Below, one piece after another: positions 1 to 8,701 of a stretch of DNA of 59,698 nt (position 1 is the stretch's first letter; the number at the start of each line of letters is the position of its first letter). The translations under genes and the position numbers were made by a program. The notes beneath the pieces were generated by a model. It did not search any database. It was not told the DNA's origin and saw only the letters and a program-made list of their open reading frames with translations. Source of the stretch: a virus (Duplodnaviria; Caudoviricetes); IMG/VR virus record IMGVR_UViG_3300037054_000205, positions 1-59,698 of that record, one strand, 5' to 3'.

Positions 1-43
1 TGACATATGGGAATGTCGGCGAGCGGCGACAAGAGGTGATGTG

Positions 44-220
44 ATGATTAACGATATCAACGCGTTGGCTGAGTCCATTAGAGATAGCAATGTACCGCAA
101 TGGCTGAGTGAATACATCGCTCGGCATCGCGAGCGGCTGGGCGCCGAGCTTAAGATATTTGGTGAGTGTGAGATACCAATGCCTGACGGCATGGTGATGG
201 TCGTGACGGCGAAGCGGTGA
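44..220 (+). CDS. small hypothetical protein (58 aa)
   Basis: Hand-translated MINDINALAESIRDS...TAKR*, with GAGGTG upstream. Confidence 0.4.
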   Translation: MINDINALAESIRDSNVPQWLSEYIARHRERLGAELKIFGECEIPMPDGMVMVVTAKR

Positions 221-523
221 CAGGGGGCAGGGCATTTTCGTTGCCTCTCACTCGAAGCATGAGCACCAGCCAGATGTATTTGCCCGTGCAGTGGCCCGTA
301 AGCCCGCTGCCTGACCTCATAGGAGTGAGAAGAGGGATGAGCGATGCATAAGATGCTGAATGAACTGTTGCGCGAGGCACTGCGCGAAGGATTGCGGAAG
401 CTGGTTGAATTGGTGCGGCGAGGTGCGAGATGATGATAGCGATTGGTGTTGCCCTCGGGCTGATTGCTGTTGGCGTGGTGCTCTGGGTGTGGGTGATGTA
501 TATGGAGTGCACGCGAGGTGAGC

Positions 524-556
524 GATGACGCGCGTGATGACGCGCGTGATGACGCG
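524..556. repeat. 12-bp tandem repeat GATGACGCGCGT, about 2.7 copies
   Basis: Copies start at 524, 536 and 548 (partial). Confidence 0.8.
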
Positions 557-702
557 ATGCATGCGGCAGCGCGTGATGTCGGACGGCGGCCAACATTATG
601 ATGTGTTGGTCTTTGACGATATCGTGAGGGAGAAGGCGTTGCCAGAGCCGAAGACCTTGGGCGAGTACACGCGCGATGCGCATAGGCGCAAGGCAGCAAA
701 GC

Positions 703-717
703 GTGTAAAGATTACAC
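703..717. promoter_or_regulatory. palindrome GTGTAA-N3-TTACAC (second copy at 986-1000)
   Basis: GTGTAAAGATTACAC at 703 and GTGTAAAGATTACAT at 986. Confidence 0.45.
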
Positions 718-753
718 ATGGGGTTGTAACTCAAACGAAGGGAGGCGACTAAG

Positions 754-921
754 ATGCGAACTCAATCGACTATCATCCGAGAGTATGCGAACGGCATGGC
801 GGATGGTTTTCTTAATGACTTGGTTGCTGGACACATCCCTGGTGGAGAGCCGAAGAGCGAGAACGCGCTCATCGAAGCTTTTATCCAGTATGTGTCTTCA
901 GCATCTAGCGTCAGAACATAG
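754..921 (+). CDS. small hypothetical protein (55 aa)
   Basis: GGAGG RBS at 741-745; MRTQSTIIREYANG... Confidence 0.45.
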   Translation: MRTQSTIIREYANGMADGFLNDLVAGHIPGGEPKSENALIEAFIQYVSSASSVRT

Positions 922-1049
922 GCGGGTTGGCATGTGTTATCCTCGTGGTGTGCGGGCTGGCGTGGGCTGGCTCGCATGTCCACGAGTGTAAAGATTACAT
1001 GGTGCGACGGCATAGTTGCTGCCGCGCTTGCGAGCGATTTATTTTTGCC

Positions 1050-1099
1050 TGACGACATTTCGTCACGACAAAAAGTGTCACACTGACGATATATCGTCA
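1050..1099. promoter_or_regulatory. two 16-bp palindromes TGACGA-N4-TCGTCA
   Basis: TGACGACATTTCGTCA at 1050-1065 and TGACGATATATCGTCA at 1084-1099. Confidence 0.55.
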
Positions 1100-1562
1100 C
1101 ATTGGGAGGATTCTACACATGACTTGGGACTTTGCGGTCGGAGTCGGTCTAATCTTGACGCTGGTGTGCGTGCTGACGTGCCGCCCGCGCAACTAACTCC
1201 TTGCGCATCATCACATTATTCGAAATCAGTATTTTGGCATAGTCTGCGCGGCGTGCTAAGTGCTGTGTTTGCATCAGTGAGGCAGCGATGCGCACGCGGC
1301 GCGCGGGCGGCACCAGCACCTGGACATCGCAGCGGCATTTCGAATGCGCCACAGCCCCACAACTCCAATCGAATCAACGAGGGAGCAAACCATTTCGAGC
1401 GGTCGGCGATGCGGTCATTGAAACTGTGGCGCCGGGCGGCGGCGAGCAGGGGTCCCTTTGGAATTCATGTTTGGTTTCGAAAAACCCCAGCCTGCCCGCC
1501 CGCCCAGCTAAGCTTGACTACACACACACCTTTCCGTCCGTTAAAGTTTATTACGAATTCGC

Positions 1563-1591
1563 TTGACACCATTTTCGGTTTTTGGTAATCT
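1563..1591 (+). promoter_or_regulatory. sigma70-type promoter
   Basis: TTGACA-17bp-TAATCT with a TG extended -10, upstream of the first long ORF. Confidence 0.7.
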
Positions 1592-1610
1592 CGGAGAGTG
1601 GAGACACCCC

Positions 1611-2345
1611 ATGTATAAAGTGGTTCCAATGGGTCCGACGATGTTCGGGCTTGTTCACAAGTTGTTGATGGATAACAAGTATCCAACCATGGCCGGGCTC
1701 CTGAAAGACAGGTGGGACGAAGAAAAACCCTGCGATGATGAGAATCCGCCGCAGGGCACCAAAACCCCAAGTACCGTCTTCCCGGGGGCTGAAGCGGTCA
1801 AATTCGTAACAGGAGGAAATTCGATGGCGAAAGGTGATGTTCACGATATTCTCTACAAGTCCCTGCGAAGTTACCAAGACGGCGTATTTCGCCACGGTAA
1901 TGGTAACCTCACTGGGCGACTCGGGCCGGAATTGACAGCCCTGTACGACCATCTTAAGGCGGCGCTCGACCAGATTGGGGCCGGGCTTCCGACTTTGCCC
2001 GACCGTGACCAGCCTCAAAAGGCGACCAGCCCCGCCGTGTCCGAGTGGGTCCGCCTTTCTCCGAACACAACCTCTGCCGCGCGCGAACTCGGCTATGGCG
2101 TGGCGTCGACACCCACGGAACCCCCGGCGCCGCCCGCGAAGACCTACGGGATTGACTTCGGCGTGAACACCATTAAGGTTTTGACTAAAGACCAATGGAT
2201 TGCGTACCTGGAACGTCGGATTCTGACCGGGGTGATTGACTTCCTCCCGTCCATCCCGGATACCCTTTCCATTTACGCCACCCCTCGAAATTGGAGCCTG
2301 GAGTCCCTGCGCCGGGAATGGCAAACTCTAAAGGGGAAAAAGTAA
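1611..2345 (+). CDS. hypothetical phage protein
   Basis: Long ORF; ATG at 1611 follows GGAG; stop overlaps the next start. Confidence 0.75.
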   Translation: MYKVVPMGPTMFGLVHKLLMDNKYPTMAGLLKDRWDEEKPCDDENPPQGTKTPSTVFPGAEAVKFVTGGNSMAKGDVHDILYKSLRSYQDGVFRHGNGNLTGRLGPELTALYDHLKAALDQIGAGLPTLPDRDQPQKATSPAVSEWVRLSPNTTSAARELGYGVASTPTEPPAPPAKTYGIDFGVNTIKVLTKDQWIAYLERRILTGVIDFLPSIPDTLSIYATPRNWSLESLRREWQTLKGKK

Positions 2346-2587
2346 TGGGCATCTTATCCTGTACTGACCATGATGACATCGTGGTGTCTTACATCCAGCA
2401 CTATACCGCCCGGGGCGGGAACTGCCCCTTGTGCCAAACCTTGACCCGCGTCACAGAACTGGAATTCGAAGTCAAGGGTCTGGAGTCCCAGGTTCGTATC
2501 CTGGAAGACGACGTTGCGGAACTGCAGTCCGATGTCGACGCGGCAGAAGCAGCGGCAGAAGCATCGGCAGCGGAGGAATCGGTATGA
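2345..2587 (+). CDS. small CxxC/coiled-coil protein
   Basis: CPLC followed by an acidic heptad helix; translationally coupled. Confidence 0.7.
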   Translation: MGILSCTDHDDIVVSYIQHYTARGGNCPLCQTLTRVTELEFEVKGLESQVRILEDDVAELQSDVDAAEAAAEASAAEESV

Positions 2588-3174
2588 TAACCCCCACCGT
2601 GCGAGTCGGTCAAATCTGGGTCGACAATGACCCCCGGTGTAAGAAGACTCGGTCTCTCCGGGTCGATTCTCTTCTGCAGGAGAATGTCCGCGACCCCGAG
2701 TTTGTCCCCTATGCCATTTGCACTGTCCTGGAAACTGGACGCCCGGTTAAGATTCTTCTCTCACGGTTCAAACCAACGCGGAGCGGGTACCGTCTCATCA
2801 CCTCCAAGACCCTGCCCGTCTCTCTCAACGGCATCACCTATCCATCACCCCCGATATTCGACGACGAAGGCTTTGCGACTTCCGAATCTCCCTTTCCGCG
2901 ATTGGTTCGCCCAGTGTTCCGGGTGGAGTTAGAGAGTCCGGTGACGGCGGGCAATGAAATTCGAGTCAGGTCGGAGTTTGACGTTCTGGACGTCGTCGAC
3001 AATCAGTCCAACACCTATACCCGCGACGCCCAAGATTTCGGTTGGCGCACTATCGCCGGGAAGACCGCGTATCTTGCACTAACCGCAACATCAGTTAATG
3101 TATACTGCACCGAGAACCGCCTCACAGTCGAGGAGTGGACCCTTCCAAATTTCATTCAACGGAGCAACCAATGA
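2584..3174 (+). CDS. hypothetical protein (N-terminal GQIWVDNDPR small beta-domain)
   Basis: ATGA overlap with the upstream gene; GGAGG RBS. Confidence 0.7.
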   Translation: MITPTVRVGQIWVDNDPRCKKTRSLRVDSLLQENVRDPEFVPYAICTVLETGRPVKILLSRFKPTRSGYRLITSKTLPVSLNGITYPSPPIFDDEGFATSESPFPRLVRPVFRVELESPVTAGNEIRVRSEFDVLDVVDNQSNTYTRDAQDFGWRTIAGKTAYLALTATSVNVYCTENRLTVEEWTLPNFIQRSNQ

Positions 3175-3704
3175 AATATCCAGTGTTCAAAGGTAATGGT
3201 TTGATAGCCGCTGCGCTGCTAGCGATGGGCGGCGACTTCAGTTCGTTTGACGTCGGGAATCCCGCGAAGGGGGAACCCAAGAAAGAGTATGACACCCCAG
3301 AAAATATCCTGCGGGGAAAACTTCGGGCCGAAGACAAGCGCCGCGCGCGCGGGCAGGCTCGAATCTCGGCGGCCTTCGTCGGCGGCTTCCCGTGGTCGGA
3401 TGGTTTCGCACCTCGACACGAACTTCCACCAGCCCCTCGGCGAAGCAATGATGATTCATCCGTTGTAACCCGGCAGCAGACTCGCGCCGCCGCGCGCAGG
3501 AAGTCTGTAATCACTGCGAACTGCGCTCATGGGGTGTGGACCCGACGTCAACGGAGGCTTTTAGCGCTGCATTCGTTTCGGGTCAACTGCCGGAAGAACG
3601 GTCCTCGCGGGGGCCTCGCTGCCAAGCAATTACTACTTCGGCGAACGGTTCTCGCCGCGTTTGGGTTTGGCAATTCCCTAGCAGATGAGTTACTCTTTCG
3701 GTAG
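3171..3704 (+). CDS. basic hypothetical protein
   Basis: GGAG RBS; coupled start. Confidence 0.65.
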   Translation: MKYPVFKGNGLIAAALLAMGGDFSSFDVGNPAKGEPKKEYDTPENILRGKLRAEDKRRARGQARISAAFVGGFPWSDGFAPRHELPPAPRRSNDDSSVVTRQQTRAAARRKSVITANCAHGVWTRRQRRLLALHSFRVNCRKNGPRGGLAAKQLLLRRTVLAAFGFGNSLADELLFR

Positions 3705-3713
3705 GAGGTTTCT

Positions 3714-3992
3714 ATGGCGCAATGGTCGGAGAAAGCAATCGCAGAGCGAGTCGCCGCAAAGAACGCGGGCATCATCGAAGAACGGATAGCCCTGTTCAAT
3801 ACGTTTCGTGCTGGCGGCTGGGAAATCCGGGTCATCGACCCGATGCAGGACCGAACCATCCTCAAGCAAACCGATATCTGGTTCAAGCCCGGGATTGGCG
3901 CGCACTTCCTGGTTAAGATGCCCGGAGCCTATCCGATGCGCATCAGGACCGTCGAACAACTTCGAAGACTTGCGAACGGGGTGACGCGATGA
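3714..3992 (+). CDS. hypothetical protein
   Basis: AGGAGG RBS. Confidence 0.75.
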   Translation: MAQWSEKAIAERVAAKNAGIIEERIALFNTFRAGGWEIRVIDPMQDRTILKQTDIWFKPGIGAHFLVKMPGAYPMRIRTVEQLRRLANGVTR

Positions 3993-4156
3993 TTGGACTC
4001 TCTCTTCTCGTCGCCGCTCTCGCCGCTATCTTTTTTGGCTGCCTAATCGTCATTGCGGACGCTCTCTCCCGCATCGCGAGGGTTCTGATAGACTTCTTGG
4101 AGGCATCATGATTCAGGTTGCGCAGAAAGACATCAAACCCGCTAAGAGGAGGCACG

Positions 4157-4348
4157 ATGAACATCGAGCAAGTGGTTTATAATCCCGAAGTAGACCGTTG
4201 GTATCGGCACGGCGAACACCTCAACCTGAAATTCATGGACAACGGCGTCCAGGCCGTGACGGCAGCCGAGGCGTTCGAGAAGTTGTTCGGACACGCGCAG
4301 CCCATTCCGCCCAACGTCCGGGCACGGCGCAAAGAGGTGCTGGCATGA
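4157..4348 (+). CDS. hypothetical protein
   Basis: GAGGAGG RBS. Confidence 0.65.
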   Translation: MNIEQVVYNPEVDRWYRHGEHLNLKFMDNGVQAVTAAEAFEKLFGHAQPIPPNVRARRKEVLA

Positions 4349-4548
4349 AACCGATAACTCAACGCGAGGCCGACAGGCTCCGCGAAAATTTACTTAACAT
4401 AGTTCGGTTCTTACCCATCGACCAAGTGCAACGCCTCGATACGATTGTCCAACTCGTGTTTTTGGGGCGCATCATCACATCCCCGGCTCCCAAACATCCG
4501 GCTAACGGTGATTGTCCGGTGTGCGGGATAGGAATGGGACACTCATGA
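4345..4548 (+). CDS. hypothetical protein with C-terminal CxxC
   Basis: GAGG RBS; ATGA overlap. Confidence 0.6.
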   Translation: MKPITQREADRLRENLLNIVRFLPIDQVQRLDTIVQLVFLGRIITSPAPKHPANGDCPVCGIGMGHS

Positions 4549-4685
4549 ATTACGGCAGACTCATTTCGTGGGTAAGTGTTGGGCTCTCCGTGGGCGGTTG
4601 CGTCGGGTACGCTCTCGCAGGCGACTGGCGACGGACAGCGTATTTCTTTTTCGCGGCGTGCATTACGGCGTCGGTGATTTGGTAA
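4545..4685 (+). CDS. small two-TM membrane protein (46 aa)
   Basis: Hand-translated MNYGRLISWVSVGLSVGGCVGYALAGDWRRTAYFFFAACITASVIW. Confidence 0.6.
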   Translation: MNYGRLISWVSVGLSVGGCVGYALAGDWRRTAYFFFAACITASVIW

Positions 4686-4755
4686 GGTCTTGCTGGTTGC
4701 CCAAGTCGAAAGGGCTATAGGCTACGCCGAGCGTCCCTCCAATTTCTGAGGAGAC

Positions 4756-5010
4756 ATGATGCCTTTGTTTGCGCCATCACACCCGAACGACGTTCATTGG
4801 TATCCAGTGCCTGGGACATTCTGGGCCGGGTTGGTTTGTCGGGTGTACGGACATGCACCTTGGCTGACGGAAGTGTATAACTTCTGGTGCGCAGATGAAA
4901 TTGCGTTTTACCGCTGCACGCGGTGCGGCAGAGGAGGAACCATACCATGCACGAAACCTTCTGGACCCTACTCGGGGACCCCGCCCATTGGATGTTCGAA
5001 CTGTTTTTGA
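4756..5010 (+). CDS. small Zn-ribbon protein (CxxxGH...CxRCG, DUF1660-like)
   Basis: LVCRVYGH...CTRCG; GAGGAG RBS. Confidence 0.5.
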   Translation: MMPLFAPSHPNDVHWYPVPGTFWAGLVCRVYGHAPWLTEVYNFWCADEIAFYRCTRCGRGGTIPCTKPSGPYSGTPPIGCSNCF

Positions 5011-5438
5011 TGGCGTTGTTCGACGGCTTGTTGTTCGGGCTGTGCTGGCCGTTTCTGCGGAAGCACTACCAGCATCATATTGCCCGCGACAACAAGGAAG
5101 CCCAGTGGAGCGGCACGCCGCTAAGGTTTCCGAACGACCAGTATGAAGAAATCTCTCAGCCTGTTGATACCCGCTGCGATTTTTATCAGCGTTGTTACCG
5201 AGAGAATGCGCATGTGGGTCCTCATCATTTTGAAATCATCTCTCCCGAACCCGGCAAGATGGGCGGGAGGGTTTTTCCCCGGTGTGGGTATGATGGAGAT
5301 GACTTCCCAAAGGGGGGCGGGCGGTGGGACGGGCCTTTGAAAGTCGTTAATGGAGTCCTTCAACCAGAGGAGGAGACTGTTGAGCCGTTTCCGATGGGCG
5401 AGGGGGATAAGTGGGATGGAAACTACGAGCCATCGTAA
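4947..5438 (+). CDS. membrane-anchored hypothetical protein
   Basis: GAGGAGG RBS; N-terminal hydrophobic segment. Confidence 0.6.
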   Translation: MHETFWTLLGDPAHWMFELFLMALFDGLLFGLCWPFLRKHYQHHIARDNKEAQWSGTPLRFPNDQYEEISQPVDTRCDFYQRCYRENAHVGPHHFEIISPEPGKMGGRVFPRCGYDGDDFPKGGGRWDGPLKVVNGVLQPEEETVEPFPMGEGDKWDGNYEPS

Positions 5439-5482
5439 ATTCCGCGAAAACCGTGACAACCCCGTGAACCCCGGTTACAGTT

Positions 5483-5505
5483 TCTGACTTTTCATTCTAT
5501 AGTAG
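5483..5505 (+). promoter_or_regulatory. phage-specific promoter-like motif (variant copy)
   Basis: TCTGAC-TTTTCATTC-TATAGTAG, intergenic. Confidence 0.5.
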
Positions 5506-5539
5506 AGCGAGGATTCCTGACGGAATTCTCGGGAGCATC

Positions 5540-5929
5540 GTGGTGAGCATCTGGACTCGATTCTTTCATGCAGAACATTTGAGAGAGACGCAGACTTTTA
5601 TTCGCGTCATCCCCGCGCCCCCGTTGGCATCCCCTGACCCTGCGCTCAAAGCGGATATTCTGCAACTCAAATTCTTGTTGAGTCAGGCACCGATGCTTGA
5701 CGTGGGGTTGAAACCGGACTGGTTCAGCACAGCCCGCGCTCCATATGCGTTAGTGAACCCAAAAACCATTGCGCCCTTTACGAGGTATTCGCTGCAGAAG
5801 AAAACCATCGCGCCGTACGTGATGTTCCCCGGTTCGAACACGCAATGGGTCGTGACTTCGTTAATGCCGGAAGGCCGTGTCATCTTCACTCCGAACCCGC
5901 TCCCTGGATATGAAAAGCGGATGGCGTAA
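5540..5929 (+). CDS. hypothetical protein
   Basis: GGGAG RBS before GTG. Confidence 0.65.
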   Translation: MVSIWTRFFHAEHLRETQTFIRVIPAPPLASPDPALKADILQLKFLLSQAPMLDVGLKPDWFSTARAPYALVNPKTIAPFTRYSLQKKTIAPYVMFPGSNTQWVVTSLMPEGRVIFTPNPLPGYEKRMA

Positions 5930-5931
5930 CC

Positions 5932-6108
5932 ATGCAGACCTCCGTTCAGTGGCATGGACCTTTGTTTGTTAGCAAACGGGCAGAAATAGATGTGGCCGTT
6001 CTGAAAGAAGATGTGGAATTTGTTCCTGGCTATGTGTACGACGAGAAGCAGATTCTGATTGACGCGCTGGAAGCTTGGCTCGGGGCAGAACAGAGACGGA
6101 ATGCGTAA
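5932..6108 (+). CDS. small hypothetical protein (58 aa)
   Basis: Hand-translated MQTSVQWHG...; fills the gap between neighbouring genes. Confidence 0.45.
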   Translation: MQTSVQWHGPLFVSKRAEIDVAVLKEDVEFVPGYVYDEKQILIDALEAWLGAEQRRNA

Positions 6109-6277
6109 AACACCAAAGCGAGTTATCAGAGGTACCATTTTTCGAGTTTTTGAAAGTCGATCAGGACACTTCAAGGCGTATCTGGATGGGAGATACGGAG
6201 GTTGGACTTCCATCTGGGCGGACTCGGATGAAAATCTTTTGCGCCGGGTCCAACGGGCGAAGAATGGTGGGCAATGA
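6101..6277 (+). CDS. small basic hypothetical protein
   Basis: Overlapping start/stop with neighbours. Confidence 0.45.
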   Translation: MRKTPKRVIRGTIFRVFESRSGHFKAYLDGRYGGWTSIWADSDENLLRRVQRAKNGGQ

Positions 6278-6576
6278 AGTACCTTATACGGCTAAACCCA
6301 AAAGCTTTCAATCCGCTCACGCGGAAGGTAAACGCCGCCCGGCTCTGGGAAGTTGAACAGTGCGCGATGCTTGGTCGAGATGGGAAAGTGAAGAGCGAGA
6401 AAGTGATTTGGCATTGCGCGGATATTCGTATCGACGGGGAGAACATTAGCCACAAATTTTCCTTGCCGAAAGAAGGGCAGAAACCCTGGGAAGCAGAGTA
6501 CTGGGGGGCTTGTGCTCGCGGCCAGGACGACGTAGTTGAAATTCATACGGGGCGACCAGATGCTTCAGGAAATTGA
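6274..6576 (+). CDS. hypothetical protein
   Basis: Coupled ORF, 100 aa. Confidence 0.7.
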   Translation: MKYLIRLNPKAFNPLTRKVNAARLWEVEQCAMLGRDGKVKSEKVIWHCADIRIDGENISHKFSLPKEGQKPWEAEYWGACARGQDDVVEIHTGRPDASGN

Positions 6577-6609
6577 CGGCTGCGTTTCGTTTGGGGGATC
6601 ATAATCCGC

Positions 6610-7014
6610 ATGCCTCACGGATTAATGGCTGTCCCGGAAGAGCGCATTTGCGGCGATTGCGCGAAACCGTATCTCGCGCGAAACGGAATGACTATTTTCT
6701 GTGTCGCCTGTCGGGTGAGCGACCGTGCCAAATATCGACGATATGCGCTGAAGATCAAAGAGCGGGTTTATACGGTCTATGGAAACTGCTGCAAGCATTG
6801 CGGATTTTCAGACCGTCGGGCTTTGCAACTAGACCACGTTCTTGGTGGAGGGACTAAAGAACGAAAAGAAAAACGCTGGTCTAGTTCTTCGGTCTACGCA
6901 GACGCGTTGAAGAACCCAGAAAAGTATCAGTTACTGTGCGCTAACTGTAACGCCATTAAGCGATATGAGAACCAGGAGATTCCGGTCAATGTCCATTATA
7001 AATGCTTTGTGTAA
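6610..7014 (+). CDS. HNH-type endonuclease
   Basis: CKHCG...LQLDHVLGGG...YQLLCANCN. Confidence 0.8.
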   Translation: MPHGLMAVPEERICGDCAKPYLARNGMTIFCVACRVSDRAKYRRYALKIKERVYTVYGNCCKHCGFSDRRALQLDHVLGGGTKERKEKRWSSSSVYADALKNPEKYQLLCANCNAIKRYENQEIPVNVHYKCFV

Positions 7015-7348
7015 GGATGTTCAAAAAGTGAGGGAGACGTATCAAGGACTTGGTGTGGTTGCATCATTTTTTTCTTGGTTCCAGGGGCGGGCTACCTTTT
7101 TTGCAATCATATTTACCGTCTGCGGACTGATTGGATTTTTCAAGAGGATTGATTTAGGCTCTTACTCTCTATTCGTCGCATCGATTCTCACTGGTGTAGT
7201 TGGGCACAGTCTGAAAGAAGATTATTTTGAAATGCGACGTAACCGGGACGAACAGTCTACCACCATCACAACGATTCCGACGCCTCCTGCCGACCCGACG
7301 ACGACCGTCGTGACGCCGAGCCCTATTCCCGAAAGGACGCAGCAATGA
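6989..7348 (+). CDS. two-TM membrane protein (holin-like)
   Basis: AGGAG RBS; two hydrophobic helices and a P/T-rich tail. Confidence 0.55.
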   Translation: MSIINALCKDVQKVRETYQGLGVVASFFSWFQGRATFFAIIFTVCGLIGFFKRIDLGSYSLFVASILTGVVGHSLKEDYFEMRRNRDEQSTTITTIPTPPADPTTTVVTPSPIPERTQQ

Positions 7349-8094
7349 AACGCTATCTGGCCATAGCCCTGGTGTTTTTTTCTGCGGTGTCTGCCAGCGC
7401 AGTGCATGCGCCGACAGGCTATGCAGGAAAACTGTGGGCGGGAACCTTAGCGTTGTACGGCACCCGAAACAATAGCGACAGATTCATATGTACGACGGAA
7501 CCATTCGAAAAGACTAAGGATGGGTATATCCTGATGAGCGCGGGGCACTGCGTGCAGGGCGTGCCTGCGGATGTGACGTTCTCCGTGGCGGACTTTATTG
7601 GCGGCCCGTTGACCCCGGTCAAGATGGTCAAAGCCTATCGCGGTGACGGATTCGACTTCTCCGAGTTCGAGTTGAAGACCAAGCACCAGTACCCAGTGTT
7701 TGTTTTGGGAGATGAGCGTACCGCGCGCGTCGGAGACACTATCATCAATCCGAATTTTGCGGTAGGGTTAGGAAAGCAACTGAGTTTCGGGTATGTGTCG
7801 TCCCAGCCTCTCGGGGTATCTCGGTCCTGCCCGGACATCAATGCTTGCGTGGGAAACTTTATCGTGCAATCCTATGGCGGTCCCGGGTCATCGGGCTCGG
7901 TGGTGGTGGACGTCCGAACTCGAACCGTGATAGGGGTTGTGGTTCAAGGCTTCGATGCGTCAGGAGACGGGTTTATCGGTTTTGCTGTGAATCCTATTTC
8001 GTCGTTCTATAAATTTTTGGCTGCGCCGGGGCAACCACATCCTGTGCCGCCGCCCCTAATTATTTCAGACGATGACCCGGATGATGACAAATAA
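7345..8094 (+). CDS. secreted trypsin-like serine protease
   Basis: Signal peptide; SAGHC, DFS and GSSGS catalytic-triad motifs. Confidence 0.85.
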   Translation: MKRYLAIALVFFSAVSASAVHAPTGYAGKLWAGTLALYGTRNNSDRFICTTEPFEKTKDGYILMSAGHCVQGVPADVTFSVADFIGGPLTPVKMVKAYRGDGFDFSEFELKTKHQYPVFVLGDERTARVGDTIINPNFAVGLGKQLSFGYVSSQPLGVSRSCPDINACVGNFIVQSYGGPGSSGSVVVDVRTRTVIGVVVQGFDASGDGFIGFAVNPISSFYKFLAAPGQPHPVPPPLIISDDDPDDDK

Positions 8095-8095
8095 C

Positions 8096-8410
8096 ATGCT
8101 CATCTACGACAAAAACGAAACTCTCCAACCGCCCGCAGGATTTGAGGTGGACGGCGTGGAGCCACACGGTGCGTATTTGGTCTTGAGCTACCACCGCTCC
8201 GAAGAAGAGAAAGACCATTTCAACATCCAACTGGTGCATGTATACTTGAACGACATGGGGCGCGAAGTCCTGCGGACGGTAGAGAACGCATTGGACTGGA
8301 AAGCAGAACCAGCAGTGGCTGTGACGGTTTCGCGGTGGTACCGTTTTTGTAATGGATGGTTAATCGCCCTTCAGGGCCTACAGGAGATGTGGTCATGTCT
8401 AAACAAATGA
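8096..8410 (+). CDS. hypothetical protein
   Basis: ORF in a tightly packed operon. Confidence 0.6.
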   Translation: MLIYDKNETLQPPAGFEVDGVEPHGAYLVLSYHRSEEEKDHFNIQLVHVYLNDMGREVLRTVENALDWKAEPAVAVTVSRWYRFCNGWLIALQGLQEMWSCLNK

Positions 8411-8700
8411 TATCCCAGCGCGTGAGGCAAACCTGCGACGGATGCGGGGAGTCCAAAGACACCGAAACTGTTGGCATCAGCGAGCAAGAAGTTGTTGCCG
8501 AGATTGTGCGGTGGTACGTGGTCGGACGAAAGGCCCTGATAAATGGGCAGCTAGAACAACTGTCCGTCGATGCCTGCTGCCTGTCATGTGTCCCGGTGGC
8601 GGCGGTCAAGCTTGCGCTGCCGACACCAACGGAAGAGCCTGCCGACAACATCGACATGAATTCTTTGAGGGCGGGCAACGTGGACCCGACCGCCAACTAA
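8395..8700 (+). CDS. Cys-containing hypothetical protein
   Basis: CDGCG...CCLSC; AGGAG RBS. Confidence 0.65.
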   Translation: MSKQMISQRVRQTCDGCGESKDTETVGISEQEVVAEIVRWYVVGRKALINGQLEQLSVDACCLSCVPVAAVKLALPTPTEEPADNIDMNSLRAGNVDPTAN

Positions 8701-8701
8701 C

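Noticed and set aside
150-1588. Long ORFs 150..734 (-) and 1016..1588 (+)
   Set aside because: Biased low-complexity translations without RBS or motifs; the region looks largely regulatory
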